The notes under the pieces were generated by a model. That model saw only the letters and a list, made by a program, of their open reading frames with translations. It was not told where the DNA came from and ran no database searches. Shown in pieces: positions 27,230-38,713 of a DNA stretch of 64,000 nt. The DNA lies in assembly GCA_046082705.1 (NCBI GenBank), contig JBJTYJ010000068.1:714-64713 (forward strand), written 5' to 3'. A program made the position numbers and the translations under genes. Every line of letters starts with the position of its first letter. Within the stretch, counting starts at the first letter, position 1. The stretch comes from Actinomycetota bacterium (GTDB lineage: Bacteria > Actinomycetota > Acidimicrobiia > Acidimicrobiales > Ilumatobacteraceae).

Positions 27230-29059
27230 TCATTGCGACCGCTTGAACGCGCGCCTGCGATCTTCCAGACCAAGCAGACGCTTGCGGATGCGCAGGGCCG
27301 CGGGGGTCACCTCGACAAGCTCATCGTCGGCAATCCATTCAAGAGCGCTCTCGAGCGTGTGAATGATCGGCGCGGCCAGCTTCACTCCGTCGTCGTGGCT
27401 GTGGGTACGGATGTTCGTCTTTTCCTTCGCACGAACCGCATTAACGACCATCTCATCGCTGCGCGAGTTTTCGCCGACGACCATGCCCTCGTAAACCTCT
27501 TCGCCGGGCGAGACGAAGAGTGTCCCACGCAACTGAAGGTTGTCGAGTGCGTACGCGGTGACCTTGCCGGTTCTGTCGGAGATCATTGCCGCTCCGGAGC
27601 GGTGCGGGAGCTCGCCGACCCACGGTGTCCAGCCGACGAGGCGCATGTGGATCAATGCCGTGCCCCGTGTCTCGGTGATGACCTGGGAACGAAAACCAAT
27701 GAGGCCGCGTGAAGGGGCTTCGAACCCGATCAACGTGCGACCGACGTCGCCGGGTCGGATGTCGGTGACGCGTCCCTTGCGGGGTGCGAGAGCCTGCGTC
27801 ACCGCGCCAACGTGTTCGTCGGGTACGTCGACCGTGCCTTCTTCAAGTGGCTCATGGCGACGGCCCTCGATCTCTTTTGTCACGACCTCGGGACGACTGA
27901 CTTGCACCTCGTAACCCTCGCGGCGCATGTTCTCGATGAGAACGGCCAATTGAAGTTCGCCACGACCCGAAACCTCGATCACCTCGGGTGTGTCGGTTGG
28001 CGCGATGCGGATGGACACGTTGCCGAGAATCTCGCGATCGAGACGGTCACGCAGGTGACGGCTGGTGAGGAATTTGCCCTCGCGGCCGGCCATGGGAGAC
28101 GTGTTGACCCCGAAGCTCATGCGGATCACGGGATCATCGACGATGAGTCGCGGCAGCGGAGAGGGCGTTTCGACGCTTGTCAGGGTGTCACCGACCTCGA
28201 TCTCGGGAATACCCGAGACGACGAACAGGTCTCCGGCCTCGACGCTGTCGACGTCGACCCTGCCGATACCGCGGAACACGTGCAACGTCGTGACACGGCG
28301 ACGCAAAATCGGCGATGAATTGTCGTCCGTTGGACGCTGACATACCGCCACCGTTTCGCCCTTGCGTAGCGAGCCCGAATAGACACGGCCGATTCCGAGA
28401 CGACCGAGATAGTCGGAGGCGTCGAGGTTTGTGACGAGTGCGCGCAAGACGCCGTCGGGGTCACTCTTTGGCTCGGGAAGAGCCAGCATGCAGTCGAGCA
28501 GCGGTTCGAGTGTTGCATCGGCTGCCGGCATTCCGACTCCGAGCATTGCCCGACCCTCGCGTGCGACGGCGCTGACAACTTGGAATGACAACTGCTCGTC
28601 GTTTCGTGCGAGATCGAGGAACAACTGCTCGACCTCGCCCAGAACTTCCTCTGCTCGAGCATCCTGGCGGTCGACCTTGTTCAACACGACAACGGCCGGA
28701 AGATTGGCGTCCATCGCCTTCGAGAGCACATAGCGCGTTTGCGGAAGGGGTCCTTCGGCGGCGTCGACCAACAACACGATTCCATCGACGATGTGCAGCG
28801 CGCGCTCCACTTCCCCACCGAAATCGGCGTGACCGGGTGTGTCGACGAGATTGATACTGACGCCCTTGTAGGTGATTTGGGCGGCCTTGGCGAGAATCGT
28901 GATTCCGCGCTCGCGTTCTTGGTCGTTCGAGTCCATGACACGGTCGACGATCTGTTGGTGAGCTGCGAACGTTCCGGTTCCGCGCAAGAGCGAGTCGACG
29001 AGCGTGGTTTTACCGTGGTCGACGTGCGCGACGAGAGCAATGTTTCGACGGGGGGTCAT
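27230..29059 (-). CDS. typA: Translational GTPase TypA/BipA
   Basis: [29 protein letters not shown] and NKVD motifs. 609 aa. Confidence 0.95.
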   Translation of the reverse strand: MTPRRNIALVAHVDHGKTTLVDSLLRGTGTFAAHQQIVDRVMDSNDQERERGITILAKAAQITYKGVSINLVDTPGHADFGGEVERALHIVDGIVLLVDAAEGPLPQTRYVLSKAMDANLPAVVVLNKVDRQDARAEEVLGEVEQLFLDLARNDEQLSFQVVSAVAREGRAMLGVGMPAADATLEPLLDCMLALPEPKSDPDGVLRALVTNLDASDYLGRLGIGRVYSGSLRKGETVAVCQRPTDDNSSPILRRRVTTLHVFRGIGRVDVDSVEAGDLFVVSGIPEIEVGDTLTSVETPSPLPRLIVDDPVIRMSFGVNTSPMAGREGKFLTSRHLRDRLDREILGNVSIRIAPTDTPEVIEVSGRGELQLAVLIENMRREGYEVQVSRPEVVTKEIEGRRHEPLEEGTVDVPDEHVGAVTQALAPRKGRVTDIRPGDVGRTLIGFEAPSRGLIGFRSQVITETRGTALIHMRLVGWTPWVGELPHRSGAAMISDRTGKVTAYALDNLQLRGTLFVSPGEEVYEGMVVGENSRSDEMVVNAVRAKEKTNIRTHSHDDGVKLAAPIIHTLESALEWIADDELVEVTPAALRIRKRLLGLEDRRRAFKRSQ

Positions 29060-29092
29060 GTTGATTGAGAGAGACGACCGAGAGGCGAAACG

Positions 29093-29287
29093 TCAGGACT
29101 CGTCCTCTTCGTCTTCCTCTTCGTCGTCGTCGAAGGTGACGCCGTACTTTTCCGCGATCGCGGCGTATTCGTCGTCCTCCGAGCGCTGGCGGGATTGCGA
29201 ACCACCAAAGCCAAGATCCGCGGCGCTGGGGCCGGCCTGCTTCAACTTGCGCGCTTCTTCGAAGCGACGATGACGACCCTTTTTCAC
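29093..29287 (-). CDS. Small protein with basic N-terminus and poly-acidic C-terminus (64 aa)
   Basis: GTG start with GGAG 5 nt upstream. MKKGRHRRFEEARKLKQ...FDDDEEEDEEDES. Style resembles actinobacterial DUF3073-type proteins (from memory, unverified). Confidence 0.6.
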   Translation of the reverse strand: MKKGRHRRFEEARKLKQAGPSAADLGFGGSQSRQRSEDDEYAAIAEKYGVTFDDDEEEDEEDES

Positions 29288-29373
29288 GTGAGGGCTCCGA
29301 ATTCTTCGCTATGGGACATCTTTGCAATCGCCCCGACCCGTAAACGGGCGGACAACAGCGATAAGCAAGTCTA

Positions 29374-29389
29374 CCCGCCCAGTGGCGGG
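29374..29389 (-). terminator. Hairpin just downstream of the rnd stop (weak terminator candidate)
   Basis: cccgcc cagt ggcggg gives a 6-bp GC stem with a 4-nt loop, 12 nt past the rnd stop. There is no clear U-tract. Confidence 0.25.
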
Positions 29390-29401
29390 AAAAGCGGGCT
29401 T

Positions 29402-30550
29402 TCAGCCTCGTAGCAGGCGAAGGCCACCGGCTCCGTCGAAGGCGATTCCGGCCGATCCTGCGACGAGATCCGAGAGGTCTCGCCCCACGAGGTCGGCTCG
29501 CCAGCCCGTCCGCAGGCGCGCTTCGGGAGACCCACGGAGGAAGTCGATGATGTCGGCACGCGTTCCCAAAATCGCGGTCTCGATGCGTTCGCGAGCGGCA
29601 ACCTCGCTGATCCACGCCGAAATCAAGGTTGCTGCAGGACGCAGATCACGATCGAACTCTTCGACGTCGTTCTTGGGGTAGGCAACCTCGAGGTCGCGAC
29701 CCCGATCCACGGCGTCGAGGATCTCGCGCGCAATCGAGCCCTTGGTATAGCGACCATCGACACCTCGTGATTGCGCCAGTTCTTCCACCGAGCGTGGTGC
29801 ACGCTGTGCAATGCCGAGCAGCGCGAGGTCGGCGAGCACGTGGCGAACGGGGATGTTCTGTCGCTGTGCGCGTTCTTCGCGCCATTGTGCAACCGATTGC
29901 GCGACACCCCGTGCGCGCGGCTTGAGCGTCTTTACGTCCTTCACCCTCAGCCACGCCTGGCTCGGATCGACGAGCGACGATGGGCGTTCGAGCAACTCGC
30001 GACACGCGTCGTCGGCCCACGCCCTGCGACCGCATTCATCCAGCTGGCGGGTGATGGATTCGTGAAGAGCCGGCAGATACCGCACGTCAGCCGCCGCGTA
30101 CGACTTTTGATCATCCGAAAGGGGACGACGCAACCAGTCGGTGAGGCGGTCGCCCTTGGGGAGGGCAAAGCCCATCTCCTTTTGAACGAGAGCCGAAAGC
30201 GAAGGCGTGCTGTAGCCGATGAAACCGGCCGCAATCTGCGTATCGAAAATGGCCGCGAGACGCGTCCCACACGTGAGTTGCAGGACATCGAGGTCTTGCT
30301 GTGCAGCGTGGAGGATGACGAGCGCCTCGTTGTCGAACAACGTGGCGATCACGTCAAGGTCGACCGTCGTCGGATCAACGATGAAGATCTCGTCATCGAG
30401 GTTGATTTGAATCAGCGCGAGCTGTGGAAAGTAGGTGCGCTCCCGGTGAAATTCCGTGTCGAGGCAGTAACTTTCAGCCGACTGCAGGCGTTGCGCGAGT
30501 TCGTCGACGCCTTTGCGGGTATCGACCCACGTGCCTGCATCGGAGTTCAA
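29402..30550 (-). CDS. rnd: Ribonuclease D (3'-5' exonuclease plus HRDC domain)
   Basis: YCLDTEFHRERTYFPQLALIQI (DEDD exonuclease motif I) and YAAADVRYL. An HRDC-like region follows. The TTG start is uncertain. Confidence 0.85.
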   Translation of the reverse strand: MNSDAGTWVDTRKGVDELAQRLQSAESYCLDTEFHRERTYFPQLALIQINLDDEIFIVDPTTVDLDVIATLFDNEALVILHAAQQDLDVLQLTCGTRLAAIFDTQIAAGFIGYSTPSLSALVQKEMGFALPKGDRLTDWLRRPLSDDQKSYAAADVRYLPALHESITRQLDECGRRAWADDACRELLERPSSLVDPSQAWLRVKDVKTLKPRARGVAQSVAQWREERAQRQNIPVRHVLADLALLGIAQRAPRSVEELAQSRGVDGRYTKGSIAREILDAVDRGRDLEVAYPKNDVEEFDRDLRPAATLISAWISEVAARERIETAILGTRADIIDFLRGSPEARLRTGWRADLVGRDLSDLVAGSAGIAFDGAGGLRLLRG

Positions 30551-30870
30551 CGCGGAGACTCGCCGACGACGACGTCGTATCCAGAAGCCATCCAGGCGCC
30601 GGTGCCTCCGGCAACGTTGACCACTTGTTTGCCGAATCCTTCGAGGTACTCGCAGGCTCGCATACTGCGCCCACCCGCTTGACAGATCACGTAGGTCGTG
30701 TCCCCATCGGCAAACGCATCGACGTTCTCGGTCAACACCGAAAGCGGAACCGATACAGCCCCCGTCACGTGGCCCGATGTGTACTCATCCGCCTCGCGCA
30801 CGTCGATGACCGTGCACCCTTGCGCAAGCAGATTCTTCAGTTCGGTGACGGAAATCTCGGCTATCGACAT
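30547..30870 (-). CDS. Rhodanese-like domain protein
   Basis: IDVREADEYTSGHVTGAV and active-site loop CQAGGRS. The ATG at 30870 is favoured; the ORF-track start at 31059 adds an Arg-rich extension. Confidence 0.8.
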   Translation of the reverse strand: MSIAEISVTELKNLLAQGCTVIDVREADEYTSGHVTGAVSVPLSVLTENVDAFADGDTTYVICQAGGRSMRACEYLEGFGKQVVNVAGGTGAWMASGYDVVVGESPR

Positions 30871-30890
30871 CGGGTCGGAGGCTAGCGGCG

Positions 30891-31466
30891 TCAACGATCC
30901 GGTCGCAGTTCGGGTGTGTTCACATCGAGAAGCTCGGGGCCCGGAATCTCGACGGGTTCCATTGGGCACAGTTGCAGCAGAACCTGCACCGCCGTGACCG
31001 AATCGGCGTTCGCGACGATCGTCGGTGCCAGGGGTGCAGGAATCGCGCCCAGCACCCAATGCGAGCGTTCGTTAGCCGTGGCGACCAGCACCGTTGCTCG
31101 ATTGCCTTGAACCGAGGCTTCCGCACGATCACGCAGCAACCGAAGTGTCGCCGGAGTGACACCGAGCATGTCGACGGCCATGAAAACGAGGTCCTCGTTC
31201 CTCTCAGCTGCGAACTTGGCAAGACATCCGATCGAATGTGCCGGGCCGGGTGCATTCAGCTCGTCGGCGATGACAACGCAATGCGGAGGAACGTAGGGCT
31301 TCCATTGGAGCGCCACGGAAACCGCGACCGTGTCCCCTGGCCGGATTGCTTCCTCGAGGATCGAAAGACAATGTCCGAGAAAAGTTGTCTCACCGAAGGA
31401 GGCGTTCGCCTTCGGTTGGCCGTAGCGACTTCCCTTCCCACCGGCGAGCACCGCCCAGATCGTCAT
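30891..31466 (-). CDS. MobA-like NTP transferase domain protein
   Basis: WAVLAGGKGSRYG (LAGGxxxRxG nucleotide-binding loop). 191 aa. ATGA overlap with the upstream stop. Confidence 0.7.
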   Translation of the reverse strand: MTIWAVLAGGKGSRYGQPKANASFGETTFLGHCLSILEEAIRPGDTVAVSVALQWKPYVPPHCVVIADELNAPGPAHSIGCLAKFAAERNEDLVFMAVDMLGVTPATLRLLRDRAEASVQGNRATVLVATANERSHWVLGAIPAPLAPTIVANADSVTAVQVLLQLCPMEPVEIPGPELLDVNTPELRPDR

Positions 31467-31915
31467 TCGAAAGTCTCTCCGAACCGCTTGGCCTCATCCA
31501 CGGGGACTCCCGACGGATCGAGCTGCAGGAGGAACAACCGGCAGCGCTCCTCTTCATCGGCTTCACCGAGTTCACCTGCCGCCATTTGAAGACCGAGAAG
31601 GCAACGCAAGAAGCCGAGATTGCCGGCATGGGTCCAACGAACGAAACCCGACCCACGCCAACCGTTTGCGCGCAGCGAATCAAGCCCGCGGTGGTAGCCG
31701 ACTCGGAATGCTGCGTACCGCGCAACCGGATCAGTCGCCGCCGTTCCGCACGCCCACCACACAAGCGAACTGCGCGGCGACAGCCGCACCGCCTCTTCTC
31801 TTGCGCCTCCATCACCCGATGAGGCCCTCGAGAGAAGGTGTATCACCTCGGCTGACTCGATGGGAAGCCGGGTTTCCGGCGGCCCCGAACTGGAGAGTGA
31901 AATGCTCGACGACAT
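31463..31915 (-). CDS. DUF3151-like protein
   Basis: ARYAAFRVGYHRGLDSLRANGWRGSGFVRWTHAGNLGFLRCL resembles the conserved DUF3151 core (from memory). Confidence 0.65.
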   Translation of the reverse strand: MSSSISLSSSGPPETRLPIESAEVIHLLSRASSGDGGAREEAVRLSPRSSLVWWACGTAATDPVARYAAFRVGYHRGLDSLRANGWRGSGFVRWTHAGNLGFLRCLLGLQMAAGELGEADEEERCRLFLLQLDPSGVPVDEAKRFGETFE

Positions 31916-31994
31916 GACAAGACACTAGTTCTGGAGTGCTCGCGACGATGCTTGCATCCCCGAAGGCGAGCATCTCGATGAATAACGTGGTCTC

Positions 31995-32318
31995 GTGCCG
32001 AACCAGACGCTCATCCAGGCGCTCGACTTGAACCAGGCGAAGAATGGATCGATCGTCGCGATCATTGTCTGTGTCGCGGTCATCCTGTTGGTGCTGAAGT
32101 TCATCTCGTCGCTCGTCGTCCGGTTGGTGTTGTCGATCGTGTTCGCTGTTCTCGGTGTGGTCGTTTATTCGCAACGTGCTTCGCTGGTCGATTGTGCGGA
32201 AAAGATCACAGCGTCGGTGTCGGAAGGTTCTGCCGGTACGGCCGGATCGGCCATCTCGTGCAAGTTCTTCGGTCGTGATGTGACGATCTCACTGGACAAT
32301 CCCGTCCCGACGGGATGA
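31995..32318 (+). CDS. Small membrane protein (two TM helices)
   Basis: GTG start. IVAIIVCVAVILLVL and LVLSIVFAVLGVVVY hydrophobic helices. Confidence 0.45.
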   Translation: MPNQTLIQALDLNQAKNGSIVAIIVCVAVILLVLKFISSLVVRLVLSIVFAVLGVVVYSQRASLVDCAEKITASVSEGSAGTAGSAISCKFFGRDVTISLDNPVPTG

Positions 32319-32370
32319 CCCCACCCCCGTTGGGGCGAGACGTCGGAGCTTCGCTTAGAGTTCGGGTTCC

Positions 32371-32997
32371 ATGGAGCTTCTGATCATTCGTCATGCCCTG
32401 CCCGTACGCCGCGAGCTCGATGCCGGGGTAGCCGATCCTCAACTGTCCGAGGACGGCCTGGCCCAGGCCGAGCGGCTTGCCGAATACCTCGCCAGCGAGA
32501 AGATCCACGCCGTGTATGCCAGCCCGTTGCGTCGGGCCCAGCAGACCGCCGCTCCCCTGGCGCGTGCGCAGGGCGTCGACATCGTGACCGTCGACGACAT
32601 CGCCGAATGGGATCGCAACTCGAACGAGTACGTCCCGGTTGAGGAACTGAAAGCGGCCAACGACCCACGCTGGCAGGCAATGCTGCGAGGCGAATGGAAC
32701 GTTCATGAGGAAAGCCCTGACGAGTTCAACAAGCGATGCGTGCTTGCAATCGAAAAGATTGTTACCGAACACTCGGGACAGACGATTGCGGTCGTGTGCC
32801 ATGGCGGAGTCATCAACGCTTATCTCGTTCATGTTCTCGGCCTGACGGTGAACGTGCAGGGCTTCTTCTATCCCAACTACACCTCGATTCATCGAGTTGC
32901 GGCGGCGCGTAGTGGTGAGCGGTCGATCGTGACGATCAATGAAACCTCCCACCTGCGCAACTCGGGCCTGCCGATGGGAATCTTCCAGAAGTCGTGA
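32371..32997 (+). CDS. Histidine phosphatase (phosphoglycerate mutase-like) family protein
   Basis: LLIIRHALP (RH catalytic motif), SPLRRAQQTA and CHGGVI. Confidence 0.8.
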   Translation: MELLIIRHALPVRRELDAGVADPQLSEDGLAQAERLAEYLASEKIHAVYASPLRRAQQTAAPLARAQGVDIVTVDDIAEWDRNSNEYVPVEELKAANDPRWQAMLRGEWNVHEESPDEFNKRCVLAIEKIVTEHSGQTIAVVCHGGVINAYLVHVLGLTVNVQGFFYPNYTSIHRVAAARSGERSIVTINETSHLRNSGLPMGIFQKS

Positions 32998-34238
32998 TGA
33001 CGGGCGTCGACGACCTTCTCTCGTATCTCGACGAGTCACCTTCGCCCTGCCACGCCGTCGCCGCCGCAGTGGCGCGTCTCGCCGGCCACGGCTTCAGTGT
33101 CCGGCCTCATGCGGTTGCTGACGATGCGCTTTTTGCCGAAGCGCGAGGCATGGTTACCCACAATGGTGCAACCATTGCATGGTCGTGGCCACGGGAGGCC
33201 GTCACGGCACGAGGTGCGCTCTTCGTTGGAGCGCACACCGATTCTCCCTGTCTGAAGCTCAAGCCAAAGCCCAACGCACGTGCCGCGGGGATGTCGCTTC
33301 TCGAGGTCGAGATCTACGGAGGAGTGCTTCTTAACTCCTGGCTCGATCGCGATCTGGGCCTCGCCGGCGTCGTCCATTCGGGCGACGGATCTTCACGCCT
33401 AATCGAGACGCGCCGTCCGATTGCGCGCATACCGCAGTTGGCGATCCACCTCGACCGCGACGTCAACGAAAAGGGTCTCGTCCTTCACCGACAGAATCAC
33501 ATGCGCCCGTTATGGGGCGCTGATGGCGGTGACGTTCTTGCCGTTCTCGGCATCGTCGACGATGAGGCATTCGACGTAGCGCTCTTCGACACCACGCCAG
33601 CTGCTCGGGCGGGGGCCGGCGACGAATTCATCGTCTCGGGGCGAATTGACAATCTCGTCTCCTGCTGGGCCGCAGTCGATGCGATTCGTAGCACTGAATC
33701 AGACAGGCCGATGATCGTTTGTCTGTTCGACCACGAAGAGGTCGGCTCGGAGAGCACGACCGGAGCAGCCGGTCCGCTCCTCGAGAACGTCGTCGGTGAA
33801 TTGCTGCGAGTCCGTGGACTTTCCGAAAAGCGGTTCGACTTTCTGCGTAATTCTCTTTGCATTTCGGCGGACAATGCACATGGCCTGCACCCGAATTACC
33901 CCGACCGTCACGACACAAATCATGCCCCGCTCGTCAACCACGGTCCCGCGTTGAAACGGAATGCCAACCAGCGTTACGCAACCTCGGCGAGGGGTGTGGC
34001 CACCATGCGGCGCGTCGCTACCGAAGCGGGCGTGCGACTTCAGGACTTCGTTTCGAACAACGCGATGCCATGCGGTAGCACCATCGGCCCGATCACCGCC
34101 ACGAGGCTGGGTATCGAAACGATCGACATTGGAGTGCCGCAGCTGGCGATGCACTCGGCGCGCGAGACATGTGGGTCGGCCGACCCGATCGCGCTGCGCG
34201 ACCTGATTGTCGCCACGGCACGGACGTCTGCCTACTGA
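32994..34238 (+). CDS. M18 family aminopeptidase
   Basis: YLDESPSPCHAV, VGAHTDSPCLKLKP, FDHEEVGS and GVPQLAMHS motifs. Start is GTG 32994 or ATG 32997, overlapping the upstream stop. Confidence 0.85.
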   Translation: MMTGVDDLLSYLDESPSPCHAVAAAVARLAGHGFSVRPHAVADDALFAEARGMVTHNGATIAWSWPREAVTARGALFVGAHTDSPCLKLKPKPNARAAGMSLLEVEIYGGVLLNSWLDRDLGLAGVVHSGDGSSRLIETRRPIARIPQLAIHLDRDVNEKGLVLHRQNHMRPLWGADGGDVLAVLGIVDDEAFDVALFDTTPAARAGAGDEFIVSGRIDNLVSCWAAVDAIRSTESDRPMIVCLFDHEEVGSESTTGAAGPLLENVVGELLRVRGLSEKRFDFLRNSLCISADNAHGLHPNYPDRHDTNHAPLVNHGPALKRNANQRYATSARGVATMRRVATEAGVRLQDFVSNNAMPCGSTIGPITATRLGIETIDIGVPQLAMHSARETCGSADPIALRDLIVATARTSAY

Positions 34239-34915
34239 GCTCGGAATCCCGCGCGCGCCTGTGCTTCGTCGAACAGGCGCTGCAGTTCCGTGTGCAGATA
34301 CGCCGAGAAATCCTTCACAGCACTGCGCGATGCTCGGCCCCCGTTCGACGGCGGCATGATCGGCTCACCGACAAGAACGACACATTTGCTGGGCCGCAGG
34401 TACTTCTTGCCCTTGGGCATCGCACGCTCGGAACCCCCGATACCGACGGGGACCACAGGTACGCCCGACTTCAACGCTATGTACGTGACACCGTCGAACA
34501 GCGGCTGCACGGTCTCACCCGATTTGCGTTCGCCTTCGGGGAAAAGCACGAGTGGCTCGCCTGCCTCGAGTACATCGATGCAACGTCTCAAAGCCTCTCG
34601 GTCGGCCGTGCCACGCGACACCGGAAACCCACCGAGGGCCGAAAGAACCCAGCCGACCGGTCGCTTCTTCCACAGGGAGTCCTTACCCATGTAGCGCATG
34701 CGCCGCCGTGTGACGGAACAAACGAGAGGGGTGTCTATGTACGATCGGTGCACCGGCGCCAAGATGAATGGACCCGATCGCGGAACGTGTCGACGGTCGA
34801 TCACCGATGTGCGCCAAAACGTTAGGCAAAAAAAAGTGAGCAGGTTCCGAACCAGCCGATAGAAGGCACGCGAAGCGACGCCGTCGCCGGCGAGAAAACT
34901 GTCGACGTCAGCCAT
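34232..34915 (-). CDS. plsC: 1-acyl-sn-glycerol-3-phosphate acyltransferase
   Basis: APVHRSYIDTP (HxxxxD) and LFPEGERK motifs. The ATG at 34915 overlaps the cmk 3' end by 8 nt. Confidence 0.8.
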   Translation of the reverse strand: MADVDSFLAGDGVASRAFYRLVRNLLTFFCLTFWRTSVIDRRHVPRSGPFILAPVHRSYIDTPLVCSVTRRRMRYMGKDSLWKKRPVGWVLSALGGFPVSRGTADREALRRCIDVLEAGEPLVLFPEGERKSGETVQPLFDGVTYIALKSGVPVVPVGIGGSERAMPKGKKYLRPSKCVVLVGEPIMPPSNGGRASRSAVKDFSAYLHTELQRLFDEAQARAGFRAQ

Positions 34916-35558
34916 GCACCGTCTCACGTTCGACGACCAATTCATGGAGTCTTGCCACGACCTGGTCGATCGACAGGTTGGACGTGTCGACGGTGATGGA
35001 ACCATCCGCAGTCATCAGCGGGCTGTCGACACGCGACGAATCGAGCCGATCGCGCTCGGCAATCGAACGGGCGATTGCTTCGACGTTTCCACCGGACTCG
35101 GCGACACGGCGGCGTGCACGCACTTCCGGCGACGCGGTCAAGAAGACTTTCAATGTCGCGTCGGGAAAAACGACCGTTCCGATGTCGCGGCCCTCGACGA
35201 CTCCCCCGCCGTGTTCGGCTACCCACGCACGCTGCTGTTCGCGAAGAACCGTGCGAACACTGCTGATGGCAGCCACGTGACTGACTGCCTTGTTGATTCG
35301 GTCGGAGCGGATCTCGCGCGTTACGTCGATGCCATCGACGGTCACCGATTCATCGCCGACTTCTATGCGCGAGGTTGTGGCCAGTCGCGTGACCCCTTCT
35401 GCATCGGTCGGTTCGACACCGTCGCGCAATGCGGCATGGGTGACGGCGCGGTACATCGCACCTGTGTCGAGGTACGGAACTTCGAGTCGACGAGCGAGCG
35501 CACGTGCAATCGTGGACTTACCCGCACCAGCGGGTCCGTCGATGGCGACGACACGCAT
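34908..35558 (-). CDS. cmk: Cytidylate kinase
   Basis: MRVVAIDGPAGAGKSTIARALA and LDTGAMYRA. Only the last 216 aa of the 397-aa track ORF are kinase-like. Confidence 0.9.
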   Translation of the reverse strand: MRVVAIDGPAGAGKSTIARALARRLEVPYLDTGAMYRAVTHAALRDGVEPTDAEGVTRLATTSRIEVGDESVTVDGIDVTREIRSDRINKAVSHVAAISSVRTVLREQQRAWVAEHGGGVVEGRDIGTVVFPDATLKVFLTASPEVRARRRVAESGGNVEAIARSIAERDRLDSSRVDSPLMTADGSITVDTSNLSIDQVVARLHELVVERETVHG

Positions 35559-35566
35559 AGAGATGA

Positions 35567-37015
<1,449 letters not shown>

Positions 37016-37025
37016 CTAGGCGACC

Positions 37026-37724
37026 ATGGCCGCGAAATCGCTCGTTCTTGTGCACGGTTGGGGCGGCTCGTACCGCGACACTTGGCAGGGCCCCGGGATC
37101 GACCAGATCTTCGCGGATGTCGGCCACTCCGTCTCGGGTGTCGATCTTCTCGGCCACGGCGAAGCCGACAAACCCCACGACCCCGACGCGTACACCAGTC
37201 TTCCTTCGTTTCTTCTCGAGCGAATGCCCGACGAGCCTTGCATCGTCGTCGGCTTTTCACTCGGCGCGCTCACCACCCTGAGAGCCGCTCTCGCCTCACC
37301 CGAGCGCTTTTGCGGCATCGTTCTTGCCGGCATCGGAAACGGTGTCTTCGACCCCCACAAGCCCGAAGAAACCGCTCGCATCCTCGCTGGTATCGATGGC
37401 ACGGCACCGGCCGACGACAACATCGCCCGACTGTTCGGACAATACGCGCGGCAAGGCGACAACGATGTCGATGCTCTCACCGCCGTACTGAAGCGTCCAC
37501 CATCCGCACCGCTGGCACCCGAGCAACTGTCGGTCGTCACTTGTCCGGTCCTCGTATGCATTGGCGAACGCGACTTTGCTTCGCCATCGGATCGCCTTGC
37601 GGCCGCATTTCCCGATGGCGCCCTGAACGTGCTGCCGAGGACCGACCACTTCGCAACTCCGGCTTCCTTTTCCTTCATCGACGCCGTCGTCGGATTCCTC
37701 GAATCGCGCTTCGCAATTCGTTGA
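37026..37724 (+). CDS. Alpha/beta hydrolase
   Basis: LVLVHGWGGS and the nucleophile elbow GFSLGA. Confidence 0.75.
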   Translation: MAAKSLVLVHGWGGSYRDTWQGPGIDQIFADVGHSVSGVDLLGHGEADKPHDPDAYTSLPSFLLERMPDEPCIVVGFSLGALTTLRAALASPERFCGIVLAGIGNGVFDPHKPEETARILAGIDGTAPADDNIARLFGQYARQGDNDVDALTAVLKRPPSAPLAPEQLSVVTCPVLVCIGERDFASPSDRLAAAFPDGALNVLPRTDHFATPASFSFIDAVVGFLESRFAIR

Positions 37725-37729
37725 GACCG

Positions 37730-38713
37730 ATGCGCACGCTTCACCTCGACGCCCATGTCGATACCGACGTGACCACCGCGGTCGAACTTCTGTCTTCGGG
37801 TCGCCTCGTCGCAGTTCCCACGGAAACGGTGTACGGCCTCGCGGCGGATGCCTCGAATGAAAAGGCGGTGCGGGGCATTTTTGCAGCGAAAGGTCGCCCA
37901 CAAACACATCCACTGATCGTGCACACCGAAGACGTCGCACACGCCCGTGTCTTGTCACGCGATTGGACACCCGCGGCCGAAGTGCTCGCACGTGACTGCT
38001 GGCCGGGCCCGCTGTCGATTCTGACCGAGAAATCAGCGATCGTTCCTCGTGTGGTCACCGGCGGTCGCGACACCGTAGTTCTGCGGGTTCCCGACCATCC
38101 GGCGACGTTGCGAATTCTCCATGCTCTGCACGAGCACGGCAGCATCGGGATCGCGGCTCCGTCCGCAAACAAATTCGGCTCGATCAGCCCCACGACCGCG
38201 GGGCACGTCGTTGCCGACCTCGACACGCGGATCGATGCCGTTCTCGACGGCGGGCCGTGTCACGTCGGCATCGAGTCCACGATCGTCGACTGCACCCACG
38301 AACCCGCCGTGATTCTTCGTCCGGGTGGCATCTCCATCGAGACCATCGCGGCTTCACTTGCCGAACATGGCCTGTCGATGGTGCTGTCGGACGACATCGC
38401 CGGGGCAATCGATACCGCGGGTGCAATCGCACCGGGAATGCTCCGCTCGCATTACGCACCGCGTACACCACTTCTCGTTTTCGAAACGCAACCCGAGCTC
38501 GATGCCGCACGACAAGCGGCCGAAAGGGAAGGCAAACGCGTATCGGTAGTCCCCTACGACGACGACACGTACGAATACTCCCGCCATCTCTACTCATCGC
38601 TTCACCGATGCGATGACGACGCAGCCGATCTGATTCTTGCGCGACTGCCCGGCAGCTCAGGTCTTGGCGCTGCCGTTCGGGACAGGCTCATCAAGGCAGC
38701 TGCGAAGCGTTGA
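37730..38713 (+). CDS. tsaC: L-threonylcarbamoyladenylate synthase (Sua5/TsaC with Sua5 C-terminal domain)
   Basis: VAVPTETVYGLAADA, KGRPQTHPLIVH and LRVPDHP. The ATG at 37730 lies 5 nt after the hydrolase stop. The 743-aa track ORF is an artefact upstream of this point. Confidence 0.88.
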   Translation: MRTLHLDAHVDTDVTTAVELLSSGRLVAVPTETVYGLAADASNEKAVRGIFAAKGRPQTHPLIVHTEDVAHARVLSRDWTPAAEVLARDCWPGPLSILTEKSAIVPRVVTGGRDTVVLRVPDHPATLRILHALHEHGSIGIAAPSANKFGSISPTTAGHVVADLDTRIDAVLDGGPCHVGIESTIVDCTHEPAVILRPGGISIETIAASLAEHGLSMVLSDDIAGAIDTAGAIAPGMLRSHYAPRTPLLVFETQPELDAARQAAEREGKRVSVVPYDDDTYEYSRHLYSSLHRCDDDAADLILARLPGSSGLGAAVRDRLIKAAAKR

